Positions 14,011 through 27,634 of a DNA stretch of 64,000 nt are shown here, piece after piece (the first letter of the stretch is position 1; the number at the start of each line of letters is the position of its first letter). Where the stretch lies: contig OZ024741.1 of the NCBI GenBank assembly GCA_964016885.1, forward strand, positions 381,610,001 through 381,674,000. The letters are read 5' to 3'. The notes beneath the pieces were generated by a model that saw only the letters and a list, made by a program, of their open reading frames with translations, was not told the DNA's origin and did no database searches. The position numbers and the translations under genes are program-made. Source of the stretch: Eledone cirrhosa. Lineage: Eukaryota.

Positions 14011-15318
14011 AGCCTCATTTAGTGTTGTGCGTACATGTCCAGTGATCGCTCGAGCTGCTTCTAGTTGTGCTCTTTCAAGCTGTTGCCCTTTCTTTCAGAC
14101 CTAATTGAATTCTGGCTCTACCATTTTCTAGACAACTTTTTGCTCTTTTCTGCGGACGAATATTTCCAGTCTCTCGTGGCTTTTATAAATTGAGGGGCAT
14201 TTTTTTGAAAACAAAACACAGATGATGCTTTAAAACCAAACGGACGAACACAACTAATATATCTATTTAACTTTCTGTATCATTGGTGAGGTATATTTAC
14301 CTTCAGTAGAAACGATGAGTATATACAGAAATATCGTGTACCTACTCTGAATATAAATTATATAGCTGCAGGATAGTAACCCAAGAGCTGTACTTCTTAC
14401 TAAATAAACAAATGTAATATGGGAAGGTGAAAAACTTGGATGGTGTGGAATTCTACGTTTAGTATGTTCATGCATATCTGCATAGTATTTATTGACATTA
14501 ATTATTTATTGGTTCAGATTTTAAACACGTCCAGAGATAAATGTTGTCACTGACTGAAGTCAATAAATAGTTTTCAACTTTCTATATAATATATGGGAGA
14601 ATCTTCTCTATTCATATTCACAATATTATAGCCTAGACCTGACTATTGAAGGATAATTAAATACAGCTAATATTCACTGCTAGTATTGAAGCAACCTAGA
14701 TTCTCTAACAGACGCCTGTGTGATATATTACCTATTAAATTTGAGACTCGGGTAAGAAATTCAATTTAAAGTAGCCTTTCTATTCAGACATTTTTATTTC
14801 GTACGGACATCTGTTTTCCAACTGAAAAACTAAGAGAAACTTAGCAGCATAACAAAAACATGGAGATGCAGCAACTGTCCAGGGATAAGCGACACATTTT
14901 ATCTCCATGAACATCACCAAACTTAAATAGAATAATCGGAGCCTGGAATTCATGATTTGAATACGGATGGCTTTTAATCTGAACTACTTCCAAATCAACT
15001 TAGTTTGATGTATTCTGGAGACAACCTACGGAGAAGAGAACACACCATTTGTAATATTTCATTGCATATTTAGATATCTATTGCAGCCAGACTGCAGTTT
15101 TATGTAACATTTCACACATAAACCATCAGATATCTAGAAAGTTCACCGAAATTGAGTTATTGCAATAGCAGAGAAGAAGGATCAATAAAATATGTAATAT
15201 GTCCGACCTGGATTTACCTTTTATATAGAAGCCTTCGGTTTAAAATATTTTTTTCTAATCTAGTGAAAATAAAAACTCTTTTATAAAATATGATAATATA
15301 ATCAAGACGGTAGTTATG

Positions 15319-15320
<2 letters not shown>

Positions 15321-15390
<70 letters not shown>

Positions 15391-15442
15391 GTATATATAT
15401 ATATATAAATATATATATATACATACATACACACACAGAAAC

Positions 15443-15483
<41 letters not shown>

Positions 15484-15498
15484 CACACACACACAGAG

Positions 15499-15539
<41 letters not shown>

Positions 15540-15570
15540 AATACATATATATATATATATATACATATAT
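15321..15570. repeat. (TA)n(CA)n compound microsatellite
   Basis: Visible directly in the sequence. Confidence 0.95.
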
Positions 15571-16632
15571 TTATCCAATATATGCAATATAAATGTAAGT
15601 AATAACAGACGCAGCAAAAGAGTTGGTAACGTATATAACAATAAAATTGATATAACAACATCACTAGTAACAGCATACAGGCATGGCTCCTAAACTTCAA
15701 TATACAATATATCTGTGTTTGCAACAATATATGAAATGTACTTTACATTTTAAATTGAATTGCTTGTCTATCTACATTTATCTAATCAACTCTCTCTGTA
15801 AATTTAATTCCAGAAATAAATCAATCTTACACTTCTATAATGATTGAAAAACGGAAGCCAATGGCATAGAATTGGATTTACTGAATCAATAAATTGCTTT
15901 CACGCTAAGTCAGTAAACGGACGAAGCAAGTTAAAATTAATAACGAAATACGTATCGTTCAGATAATTTCATATTTTAAGAAAGTGAGAGAGACTATTAT
16001 GTAAATATATCTTTAAATATGCAGACAATTTCATAAAAATACACATGACAAGAATCTAAGTAAATGTTATATATAATCATAAAAGATATACTATGTGGAA
16101 AGGTATGCAAAAGAAAAATATTGAAAATGAACTACGAATATCCGCCAAAGATTAGACATATTGATTTAGAGCTGAAGCTTTTTAATGCAATTTACTAACA
16201 TGGCGTATTGTAAGAATAAGAATTTCAGGAAGCGCGAGTTAAAATAATTATAAATGTAGCAAACAATGTTCTGTGATTTCGTGCCCCAAACCACTGTATC
16301 ATATTTACCCATAATTCAGTGCGAAATAATTATAGACACTGATATATAGCACAGTATTAAATACTCCTCTGAAAATATTTGCAATGTTGTTTCAATATAC
16401 TCTTATTTAATATTGATTATGATATAAAACAATAAGTTTTACATATTTTCTGGAAAAATACTCTCGTTGCTTATCTATCTCACTATCTCATAACTAAACC
16501 TACGTTTTAAAATATACTATATCACAATAGTAACTCTCCGAAGTGTATAGAAATGATTTTACAAGAATAGAAATTAACATTTGTTTCCCTGGGAAGACAA
16601 GGGTAAGGAGTCTGCCGAAATGAGTCTCTCAG

Positions 16633-16710
16633 GAAGAAGAAGAAGAAGAAGAAGAAGAAGAAGAAGAAGAAGAAGAAGAAGAAGAAGAAGAAAAAACAAC
16701 AACAACAACA
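16633..16710. repeat. (GAA)n followed by (CAA)n trinucleotide repeats
   Basis: Visible directly in the sequence. Confidence 0.95.
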
Positions 16711-18289
16711 AATATTTAAAATGATGTTAACGGTCAATCATTTATAAGAAATTGAGTATATCATGGTAAGACTTCAAAAGCGTAGGCGTTGAGAATGGCA
16801 GGTTGGCAATCATGTCAAAATAGTGCCACATTTTAGAGTATCTAGCTGGTAGAACTAACATGATACATTGGACATGATGGGAGAAAAGGTAAAAATCAAT
16901 CTTTGTCGTGGAATACTGTCATTACGAATGTTTTCAGTCATATGTGTGTCAATTATAACTTTGCACAATTTGTTAAACATAACCTTTATCAAGGAAAGAG
17001 GTTTGTGCTCAATATTCTCGCCAGTGTAAGAACACGATAGTTTGAATTATTCTTGCCCTAAAAGCTGCAATATCCATTGAAATGTTTTACTATTTATAAA
17101 TCCTATGTCATATTCCTAATGTTTCAAAACAAGTCATGTTCTTTCAGATCTAACGTAATATAACATCAACAGAGCAATTCAAATAGAAATACAATTATTC
17201 TGTTTGTCTTATATTCTTATAAAGACTAAGGAAAATCAATATAATCAACATTAATGAAATTTCAATTAGAATCTTTACTTCACTATATATAAATACAAAT
17301 TTGAGCGTAGTTTTACATGTAATTTGTCAGGATGATGACATCAAATCGACTCAGATGTGTGATAGTATGTTGATATTAATACTGGCAGCAATGACCAACA
17401 TCACAAAACTTAATTTAAAATATAGTTTTATTTTCAGACAGAAACAAAGTTGGTGACAATTGATCGTATACATGCCAAATTATTATGACAGCTAATCATT
17501 TTAAATTGTAAATCAATATATCATCGGTTGGTGTTACTTTTATACTGTTTGAATATTTGGCATGGCACTGAAAACATGAATGTTTTCGGAGCCAGGTCTC
17601 CATTTGCATGGTATATAGGGTTGCTATCTCTACGTGTATGTGTTCTATACTTAAATAAGTTTATGCACACAAAAAACCCCCGCAAGCTCTCTAGGCTTGC
17701 CTGGGCAGAAGAGGGAATTTTGGACAGACTGCGGGATGAGAAATTACACGTTTCAAATGGATGAGGAACTCACATTAGGCAACGGCCTTCCAATTGTGTG
17801 TACAAATGTATATCTTTTCATATAACTTAATATAAGTTTATATATACGATTAAAATTTAATATCTTGTTAATTTTAACTTTCTCATCTTTTAACTTTTTC
17901 TTCCTATAAATATTTCTATGCCTTAATGTATATATATTAAGATTAGATTGATGGATGCATAGATGGTGTGTGTGTGTATATATATATGTGTACGTAGAAT
18001 TAATACAGCAGGTTACTTTCTCGCTTGCAATAGCTCACCTCATAAGATGGAAATATTTGAAAAGAAAACTTGTTAATTGGTCTCGTGGTATGGGTGCATC
18101 AATTGATGCTATAAGCACTAACACAACCATTGAAATGTTCCCCTTGAGGTTACTAGTCTCTCAAAGCGCATGTATTAATATTGGTTAAATTGACATAATA
18201 TAGAAATACAATCACTGGTCGATACATGCTCTTCTCTCGTGAAGTAAGCATGTCGACAAAAAGTGTTTAGCGAAACAGAAATTATACTT

Positions 18290-19090
18290 GGAGTATAACC
18301 AAACTGATCAACATAATATGAGGAATTTTAAAGACAAGTGATGGATATCAAAACCAACCGCGCTTCAAACATCTTCGCATAATGGTCAGATACCACAAGA
18401 ATTTAACAATTCATATATTACCCATCTATTTATATACAGAAAGGAATAGCGAATATTGTGAGAACCATTAGAGTGTAACACCGCTTTCTTGGGCGGACAA
18501 AATCCTGGCGCGATTTTTTCTCAACAAAATAATAACTCACGTGGAAGATCATGCTTATCCTGAATCCCAATGTGCCTTTAGAGCTGAGAAAGAAGAACGA
18601 CAGACTTGATATATTCCTTGCAAAAGGAGGAAGAGAATGTACGGGAAAAAAATAACGAATGATTTATACTCTTTGGTGATTTACCAAAGCTTTTGACGCT
18701 GTTAATCCCCGGACGTAGTTGTCACTGCAAAAGAAGATTGAGGTTGCTTATAAAATGCTATGCATTATAACATCCTACGACGAAACTAAGAAAGCTTCTC
18801 GTAAGTCACATGGAGCTACATCAGATTCTCTTCTTGCAAAAGAAATATGACACGTAATGTCCCCTGTTTTGACTGCTATTTATTTTCTCTAATGATGCCT
18901 TGAAAAACTATAATAATGGTCTTTTGTTTGAATGTAGCACACCAGTAGAGCTCTTTGAGCAGCAATCTTATTAGATAAACAATACAGATGATGCAGAGCT
19001 AGTAGCTAATTCTTTCCGGGAAGCAAAATACTTTGCAAGCCGATTTTCCTCTGTGGTAAAAGCGGTTGGAATATGGATACCATTCCGAGA
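18290..19090 (+). mobile_element. Highly degraded RTE-type LINE reverse transcriptase fragment
   Basis: Remnants of FxDLTKAFDxVN (about 18670-18706) and QY(A)DDAxLVA (about 18980-19008). Confidence 0.6.
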
Positions 19091-19321
19091 ATATCGAGCG
19101 ACCGCATGGAATTTCTCTCACTGTCTCGTAAACATATAAAGAGACAAGTTAAACGATACGTTTTGTATTCGATTTTCCTCTGTTTGACAGAAACTTGCCA
19201 TTTGTATTTTGCGAAATAATGAGAACAAAAATATTCTATGAACCTATAACCTATATATATATCATCTTATAAATAGTCAGGATAATTGACTCAGTCAGAT
19301 GATAGTTCACAATGTATTTTT

Positions 19322-19618
19322 ACCACCCGTGCTCTATTTCAACCTGAAACATCATCTGCTTCAATCTAGAAGAAATTATGGTCATGGCCTTTTCAGCTTC
19401 CTCAGACGGAATCGTTGATATTAGAGTAGTTAATATTAGAGTAAAATGTGTTGATTTACAGAGATGTACCAAGAAAGGACAACAACATATGTCTAGACTT
19501 ACATTACGGGTTGCATTTATCTGTACGTAACGAGGTAGCTTCATTAGATTTAACAAATCTATCCCGATTTTTCGAAATGAAGCAGAAAAGTTTGAAATAG
19601 TAATTGGGTGGAGAATGT
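19322..19618 (-). pseudogene. RNF213: RNF213-like exon remnant (open frame, AG...GT bounded)
   Basis: Open frame of about 99 codons; LDICCCPFLVHLC...IPSEEAEKAMTII resembles recalled RNF213 MCNSFFVDLVSTICF...PPEKEVIESLL; acceptor ttttgcaaaaag and donor gtaaaa. Confidence 0.45.
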
Positions 19619-20959
19619 CTTTTTGCAAAAGACAACATGTTTAGCAGAATAGTGTAGTAGATTTGCAAAATGAATTTCGATAAATTCATGAAATCTATAT
19701 TTCGAGTTAAGAAACGAAATACTTTTTTAATAAAGTAAATATAGCTATTGCAATCATACAAATTGTAAATACCATTGATGGAACAGCGATAGAATGACAA
19801 TTTATATCAACTAGAACAATAAATATATTTTAAAAAACTAGATTCTGTAATTTTGAAAATGTATTTAGACATAATGGATTTAAGTTACACAGCTGTGTTG
19901 ACAATTCAAATATTGTAATAGCAACAAAAATACCAATTATAATGTTCCACACTTAACATTTTCGATATTGAAAATGATATAAAAAGACGAATGTAATATT
20001 TATTTGATATTATAAAGGAACATAAAGAGATGGATTAAATTGAAACATATTTTATCTCCATTTAGAATCGATAACAGCATTATTTACCATGCTTGTTGTG
20101 TATTTATATTTTGTAGTTTTGTGAATTACAATTCAGATAAAAAATCTTCTTATATAACACTGACTTGAAATATTGAATCATACATTCAAGATTATAGCCT
20201 TTCAAATAATGTTAAAATAGATAAATTGTAAGCGAACACTAAAAAACTAAAACAAAAATAAAAACAAAAACAACATAAAGCAAACAAACATGAAAACGAA
20301 TAAATCGTTATTTTAACATTTCTGGAGGTTCAGAAGAAATTCCGAAAACTTACTTGAAGCCCAATTTGTAAATGAATGTACACACCAGATGTGTGTACAC
20401 TTTTCAGGGGGAAAATAAACACAATTCTTGTTGTAATTTAACACATAATCAGACTGGTTGATCTAGAAGGCAAGTCAGTCGGTAAAACTGAAAAATCATT
20501 CAACAGACCATTACATTTTATCAGTACGAACACAATTGGACTTTTCATATTTCCCCTGAGTGAAATTGGTAATTTACGATTTCAGTTCTGGATATGCCAA
20601 TGATCATCGCATGTTGCTTGGTGGTTTATCATGTTTGCTGAACGTATTGTTATCAACTGACAGTATATTCATTACAAATATCATCATCATCATCATCATC
20701 TTCATCTTCATCAACAACATGTTCACCATGACCGTCATCATTATCATATGAATCTGTATATAATTATGGGAATAAAATGTTCTCTGCGTTGTCGCATGGA
20801 AAAATAGAATATTCTTAGATTTTTGTTCAGGGGCTAAAAGGAAGAGTTTTCCTTTGTAAAATCAATGTTCACTTGAGTAAGGCACCATACTGTGTGACTC
20901 TAGCAACACGGAGAGATATTGCTTATAGCTTGTCGATGGTTATTGTAAATGAAAGACAT

Positions 20960-22252
20960 AAAAAAAATCGAAAGTCCTCAACAGCGAATGACCTGCATTT
21001 CTGGAACAGAACGTTATTTGGAGTTAAAACATTTGCATGCTTGGACGATCTTGTGAAGGTCGTTGCACCAAAGAAATGTCGATGCATGTTCTTTCCCACT
21101 CAGAGAGTTCAATTGCAGAGTCGAAACGCATTGAAATTTCTAAAAAGAATAATGAACAAACCTGGACCACCTTCAGCCAATATCTTATGATTTTAGGTTT
21201 TAGGAAGTAAAAGGAAATCTATTTAACAATTCCTCGAGCTATGTGCAAGTATTTATATGTATTTGGACGCATGTAACAAGATCCAAACACTAAAACATCC
21301 TATTATTAAGAGCTTCATATATCGGGAGTGATATGCCTCATTCCTGTGTCTATATTCGATCATTGATGTAAATATGGAGATTTGGGTATAATTTTGCTAA
21401 GAGATAAATCAAATCTTCTCCTGCGTTTACAAGCTGAGGTGATATTTCTCTTAGTTTACATTGTTACTTTCAATGGATATTTCACCATTGCCAACGTAAA
21501 GTGATAAATTGGTATATTCGCCACCTGTTCTATGTTTTATTTATTGCAAGCATAGCTTTCGTGATCTCTGTCATGTTATAATTATTGACATTCATCCAGA
21601 GAGGAGCTGTTGCGAAGCAGTCATTAAGTTTCAAGTGTTGCAGTTCTGTCATAGTCGACTGCTGAAAAGACTCTTTTCTATTGATTTCTGACTTTAGCTA
21701 AGATTAAATTCTTAATAATTATTTTCACAGTTTCCTCGGGCTTAACGAATGAAAGAATTTTGTTTTCTTGCAGAAATTAATGTGTTCTATTCGTAAAATC
21801 ACATTCATTCATCTGGCATCATTTACACCCCCATTTCTTTAATGTATTCAACTATTTGAACAATGTTTGCTTCAGTGCACCTTACCACTCATTAACATTC
21901 GTCGTCATTTAAGTGACTCCTTCAAAAATCTGGATGTCCAGGTAGGAATTGACTGCGTCATTCGAAGAAATTTCTTTGAACTGGACCACAGTAGAGTTAG
22001 ATAAATTCATCAAATTGACATATCTGAATGCTGTGGGCATGGACATAGGATTCCGTAAGATGGATGTGGGAGTACTTTGTCTCAATAGAATGGCCTCTTT
22101 CACTATTTTCTAAAGGGACATCTCAATTCATCAAGGAAGGCGTGAAATTTCAGAGATTAGAGATTTCATTATTTATCAAACTCATTTATCAGATTTGAAT
22201 CATCTGCTAGACTGGAAAGTGGTAATCTCCTCATGACTGCTTGAGATTGTAT
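20960..22252 (-). pseudogene. RNF213: RNF213-like exon remnant with stops and frameshifts
   Basis: Acceptor ttttttttccatccaag. LLAKLYPNL, RYWLKVVQVCSLF and AKVRNQ*KRVFS resemble recalled RNF213 ILTIYPQV, AWLQLVKNLS and EVRAQWSRIFS. Confidence 0.5.
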
Positions 22253-22464
22253 CTTGGATGGAAAAAAAACTGCTTAAACATCTCCGCATTTTATGTAATT
22301 ACATAATGTAATATAAGAATATACTTGAAAGCAGTGGTGTATACGTGACTATCCATCGATTGCCTATATTAATAATGATGTTTCTTCTACGGAATTTCAC
22401 TGTAAGTCCTCTCACTATAGGAAAAGGAAAGGAAAATGTCTATTTCACAAACAATCTCACTTAC
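22253..22464 (-). other. Putative GT-AG intron of the RNF213-like gene
   Basis: GTAAGT donor at 22464 and poly-T plus AG acceptor at 22253; a phase-0 join reads NLSDNDAM|IQSQAVMRRLPLSSL. Confidence 0.5.
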
Positions 22465-22700
22465 CATCGCATCGTTGTCAGATAAATTTCTTGGAGTTTA
22501 GTATAAATGTTTCCAGACGGCAAAATGTGATTTAAAGCATTATAACAGGATTTTATATATACGTAGAGTTTTGTAGTCTGTGTATATGTTTGTATATATG
22601 TATTATGTATGTGTATCTATATGTGTGTGATTGTTTGTATGTACGTAAGTGTGTATGTATATATGTATATCTATATGTATGTACCTATATCTTGGTATGA

Positions 22701-22998
22701 ATGCGTGTGGCATTGTGGTGAGAGTATTGAGCTCACAATCCTAACGTCGTGAGTTCGATTTCCAGTGACGGAAAGACAATTTATTTCAAATTGCTCCAGT
22801 CCACTCAGCAGTTAAAACTGAGTTGTACCTGTAGTTCGAACGACCAGCCTTGTCACACATTATGTCAAACTGAATCTCGCTGAGAACTACGCATAGTGTA
22901 CGCGTGTCGGTGGAATGTTCGACCACATGTACGTTATGTCATGAGCAGGCTGTTGATCGAATCAACTGGAACAAACGTCTTCATAAGCGATGGAGTGC
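22701..22998 (+). mobile_element. tRNA-derived SINE family B
   Basis: A box TGGCATTGTGG, B box GAGTTCGATTTCC, conserved core TGCTCCAGTCCACTCAGC also seen near 34930. Confidence 0.75.
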
Positions 22999-23923
22999 CT
23001 CCTATGTGTGTATATATGCTTGTACATAGGTATATATTTTAGTTTCTCCCTCTATTAAATTTAACTAAATTCTATGTTCAAAATTTCTACATAGCCGTAG
23101 TTTTCTACTCAGGTTGCAGTAATTTAATTATGAAAATCAATAGAAAATATACATTTATCAAAACAAAGAAATTTCCTACCTTTATCTATAAACATACGCA
23201 CAAACGTAAATGAAGTGTGAGTAAATACCCTTAAAATATGCAATTATTCCTAATTGATTTTATTTTCAACCTCACAACGAAAGTGTATAAACTTTTCTTA
23301 TTAAGTAATATTTTAAAATATCAGGAAAAGGCACATAGCTCATTACTTATTTCTTCAAACGACGTCCCATTATTCAAAGTTTTAGCTAACTAGGGGCATA
23401 TTTGTGTGTCACAACTTTACACTCACGCCCCCCCCCCCCAACACACAGCCACGCACACCCACACACACCTATATATGTGTATGTATGTATGTATATATGG
23501 TCATCCATTCTGTTCATCAAACTGGGATCACAAGTGCAGTACCAGTACAATGCATGAGATCTAACTGCCAAACGCGGTTGACAATGTAAAGATGCGTCTA
23601 TACGTTTGACGTATGTAACTGCGCGCATTCTCTGCTAATACTATATTTATTTATATCCACGCTAGCATGCACCTGTTCTGATAACCCAATATGTATGTTT
23701 TTATTTACGGGATCGTTTCTTACTCTACATCTCTTTCGTTTTTTCTCTGTGTTCTACTATTCCACTTCATCATTGATTCTCCCATTATCTTTCGTTTGTG
23801 TACAACCTTCCCGATCAAACAGTAGACCATTCTCCCGTAACCCAGCCATATCTGGCCAACGAAAGTCAATACATTCCCCCTTAGCAATAAAATATTGCAC
23901 ATTCTACATATAAAATCCGTAGT

Positions 23924-23996
<73 letters not shown>

Positions 23997-24000
<4 letters not shown>

Positions 24001-24081
24001 GACATGGTAGCGATAATGAGGGACAGAGACCGCCGCTGGAGAGAACTCGTCCATGGATCTCGGGAATTTTACCCGCCTTAG

Positions 24082-24082
<1 letters not shown>
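23997..24082 (+). mobile_element. Short 3' end of an RTE-type LINE within a microsatellite
   Basis: QDMVAIMRDRDRRWRELV, the typical C-terminal M.DR..W motif. Confidence 0.5.
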
Positions 24083-24153
<71 letters not shown>

Positions 24154-24229
24154 TTAGGGTAAACATTGATGCAATTCAATTCAAGCACTCAACGTACTTT
24201 TTCCACATAGGACTGACGGAGTAAATATC

Positions 24230-24440
24230 GAATAAGGAAAAGCGAAGTAGTTTCAGATGTTCAAGTCTTTTAATAATAATGCTGTGATATATATTTCAAT
24301 GACGACACTGGCCACACTGTCTGGCGATGTAGCGACACTGGACAACAGAACAGTGTGGCCAGTGTCGTCATTGAAATATATATCACAGCATTATTATTAA
24401 AAGACATGAACATCTGAAACTACTTCGCTTTTCCTTATTC
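24230..24440. repeat. Near-perfect inverted repeat, arms about 90 bp
   Basis: GAATAAGGAAAAGCGAAG...GGCCACACTGT and its reverse complement, with a ~30-bp spacer. Confidence 0.9.
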
Positions 24441-24451
24441 TCTCTCTCTCT

Positions 24452-24483
<32 letters not shown>

Positions 24484-24487
<4 letters not shown>

Positions 24488-24674
24488 CGAAGGAAATGTG
24501 GTAAGGAACCAGATGGACCATAACGCACCAAAGTACTCAATACTTAGGGTAGTAGAGTGGGTAATAGGAACGAGCAGGGCCCCGACGGCTGAGCTCAAGC
24601 CATTTCGACGGCTAATTCTGGACTAGAATTAGCCGGCGAAACGGCTTGAGCTCATCCGTCGGGGTCCTACTCGT

Positions 24675-24719
<45 letters not shown>

Positions 24720-24927
24720 AAAAAGTAAGACCCCGACGGCAGAGCTCAAGCCGTTTCGACGGCTATTTTTGGACGCCATAAATAACCGTCCAGAAATACC
24801 CGTCGCAACAGCTTGAGCTCTGCCGTCGAGGTCTTACTTTTGTCTATTTCCCACTCTACTACCCTAAGTATTGAGTACTCTGGTGCATTATGGTCCATCT
24901 GGTTCCTTACCACAATTCCTTTGTTAT
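24484..24927. repeat. Nested inverted repeat A-B-B'-(TA)n-B-B'-A'
   Basis: Outer arms 24484-24570 and 24843-24927 are reverse complements; two internal GACGG...GAGCTCAAGCC hairpins flank the central (TA)n. Confidence 0.9.
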
Positions 24928-24954
24928 ATATATATATATATATATATATATTGC

Positions 24955-25915
24955 AGCTTCAGCTATGTCATCAAAGACTGTACACCATTTGAAGAGCTTA
25001 GTGCATGTATTCAAGCTGCCTCTTGTACTGTAAGTAAACTAAGAGTGAGTCTTTTAATCAATGGAACTGACCTCTAAGACTAGACTTAACATTTATAACC
25101 GCTGTCTGACTTTTGTCTTTTGTTGAAGTAAGAGGTGGACTCTCCATAGTTACCTTATAAGACAGTTATTGACAATTCAGTAATGGCACCTTAGATTCAT
25201 ACTCAACATCAAATGATACCACTTTGTCACAAACGTATATATGTACTATGTTGGTACGCTGCTATGCACGTTAGTGGGATCGGGATGTACATGTTTATAG
25301 TATGTCTGGAGTACATGGAGAAGAGAACTGTTTAAATAATGTTAATTTATACCTGTGTTTGAGATTGTTTAACACAAAACTGCCCCGATCTGAAAAACAT
25401 TATTCAGTGACACCCTACTATATAGTAAACTGCTAATATGAAGATGTAAGAATTAAGGAGTTACTAGATTTGCGTAAGACAGAAATTCGTCAACGCATCT
25501 GTGGTAGAGAGTTGACACTGAGATTCTGATAGAATTCACGAGAGGCATTTGTAGTTTAACATAGCTAAGACGTTAATTGCCAAGATCTGATAGATAACTC
25601 AGTCAGATCTGGATGTGTATATATCGGGCTTCTGGCCAATTAGGAAGAGAGATATTTACAGCTGTTACTATCACTCTCGAAATGTTGAGAGTAAAATTAA
25701 CATGCAGTAGCAATAAGTGTGGATTTCTTAGCGAATGTGTCATATCTTTATATAAATTTAGGCATATCTTAGGCATATCTAAATTGCCTTATTTCACATT
25801 AGAGAAATAGGTGATGTCAGCTCTTATGTTATATAATATAATGATTCTAAAGATATCGTTGAACATGCAATCATGTCACAGATACCGGAGCTTTGTGAGC
25901 AGACTAAAAAATATA
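24955..25915 (-). pseudogene. RNF213: RNF213-like exon remnant (post-AAA region)
   Basis: LLLLHV...NWPEARYIHI, PLVNSIRISVSTL, RGSFVLNNLK...LFKTVLFSM and QFH*LKDSL parallel recalled RNF213 motifs (WQSVHIDDL, RSCVQSAVGML, GTFRHTLW...LLASMISF, PFSWKIKDYL) in the same order. Confidence 0.55.
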
Positions 25916-26979
25916 TCTATATATTAATAAAAGGCTGTGATTGCTTGCTTGCGTGTCTGTAATGTAATACAGCCAAAAGGGTGCATAATGGGAAAATACC
26001 TTATAAGGAGGTTGCCCCGGAAATGGAAGAACAAATGGAATAAAACAAGCTTCGCGTAAATTGAACCATGGCTTCCCGAGATATGGGTTTTTTCAGGGTA
26101 CTTTCAAAAACAAAGAGAGAAAAGATAAAGAAGAAGCTATAGTGGTAGTAAAAGAGTAGAGTCAAAGAGAAATATAGAGAGAGGCAGGGGAGACAGGGAA
26201 GGAAAATGGAAGAGAGGTAGTGATGTTGTAAATATATATATGTGTGTGTGTGTGTGTCTATGCCCAGTGTATATAGATCACAGACACACACATTTATATA
26301 TGTATACACACATACATACATATATATATATATATGTATATGTGTGTATATATATATATAAATATATATATGTCAGGTCACCAGTTGGTGCTACTGGTAA
26401 CATGTATCCCAGTACAACCTGTCCCATGGTCGGGTCGTTGGCGACTAAACTGGCAACCCCACCAACGTTTCTTGGTGAGGGGGGTGACTTTGGACATCCT
26501 GCAGGACTAAAAACAAAACTTGTCAAAGGGCAAAGGAGCTCTTAAGAGTCAATAGCCATCCAAAATCACCGGGAGAGATGACCCCTTAGCCTTTGTCAAG
26601 GCAGAATTCTAGGAGAAGGAAAACTCTGATATAACACCTGCAACCCTGATGGTGTCCAATGATGTTGAGTTGTTCTTCTTTTTGGTAAATATCATCTTGG
26701 TTAAGAGAGTGGGACTGGCTTTGTGCAGTGTCTTTCCTCACTATAAAAGCTTCACGGCACAGGCATTGCTTTATATCTGGAGATCTCTCTGCACTTGTCG
26801 TCACATGGTAGCATGGGCCCAGCACTATGTGTCAATAATTGTCACAAGTGTAGTGTTTGTACCAGAGTTTTCAAGTCGCTGGCTGGACTAAAAAGTCACA
26901 CTTGTTCAGCGCATCGGTAGGGGTTCTCCTACATGGATATAAAGTAGTGGCCGTCCTCGAAAACGAGTTGGCAGCCACC

Positions 26980-27030
<51 letters not shown>

Positions 27031-27188
27031 CATGCATGCATATATATATATATATGTCTTTCCAGTTACATTTCACACTATATACACGCCTGTGCATATT
27101 TTAATTATTTAAAAACTATTTCTAAGTAAACATGATTTTTAAATTTATTTTGAAGTGAACGTGACCCGACGGGTCACCGGTGGTCTGG
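25916..27188 (+). mobile_element. Non-autonomous Helitron
   Basis: 5' A|TCTATATATTAATAAAAG; subterminal hairpin GTGACCC-GAC-GGGTCAC at 27161-27177; 3' CTGG|T (CTRR); no TSD; removing it restores the host reading frame. Confidence 0.8.
26371..26980 (+). mobile_element. ~600-bp dispersed repeat with RTE-like 5' UTR, nested in the Helitron
   Basis: Highly similar inverted copy at 43022-43609 with the same ends; GGCGACTAAACTGGCAACCCC and CTAGGAGAAGGAAAACTCTGA resemble RTE 5' UTR motifs. Confidence 0.8.
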
Positions 27189-27557
27189 TACACAATAAAT
27201 GTTAGCTCTCCTCTTCGCACTGCTAATAGTAGTTGATATGCGTGTGTGTGATTGTATGCGTGTGTGTGTGTGAGTGAGTGTGTGTGTGTGTGCGTGTGCG
27301 TGCGTGTGTGTGTGTGTTTGTAGATATCTAATAATAGTGTATACCATATTCTTCCATAAATTTAGTCAACCCCAATCAACTACAAACGAAAATATGTATG
27401 TTGCTGAAATTATTTGAAATAACTGTCATATCGTTAGATACATATGTTCGATAGAATTTCAGAGAAATGTAAGAGTTGGTTTCAATTTTTCCATAGAAAA
27501 TTAGATCAGGGTTCGTGGCAAAAGGTACACTGAGTAAGCATTTGTTAGCATAGCTCC
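27189..27557 (-). pseudogene. RNF213: RNF213-like exon remnant interrupted by (TG)n
   Basis: NPDLIFYG, LGLTKFMEEYGIHYY and LTFIVYIFFSLLTK (across the Helitron site) resemble recalled RNF213 SPSDVFIG, LGGFAAEWLSQEYF and FTEITTFSRLLTS. Confidence 0.55.
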
Positions 27558-27634
27558 CTGCGTGAATATGCATATACATACATGCATACATATATATACT
27601 ACCATAAGTATTGAGTACTATATATATATACTAC

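Noticed and set aside
14800-15190. Possible additional RNF213-like remnant on the minus strand (also 3800-5330 and 17600-17770)
   Set aside because: Protein-like, but no motif could be aligned with enough confidence.
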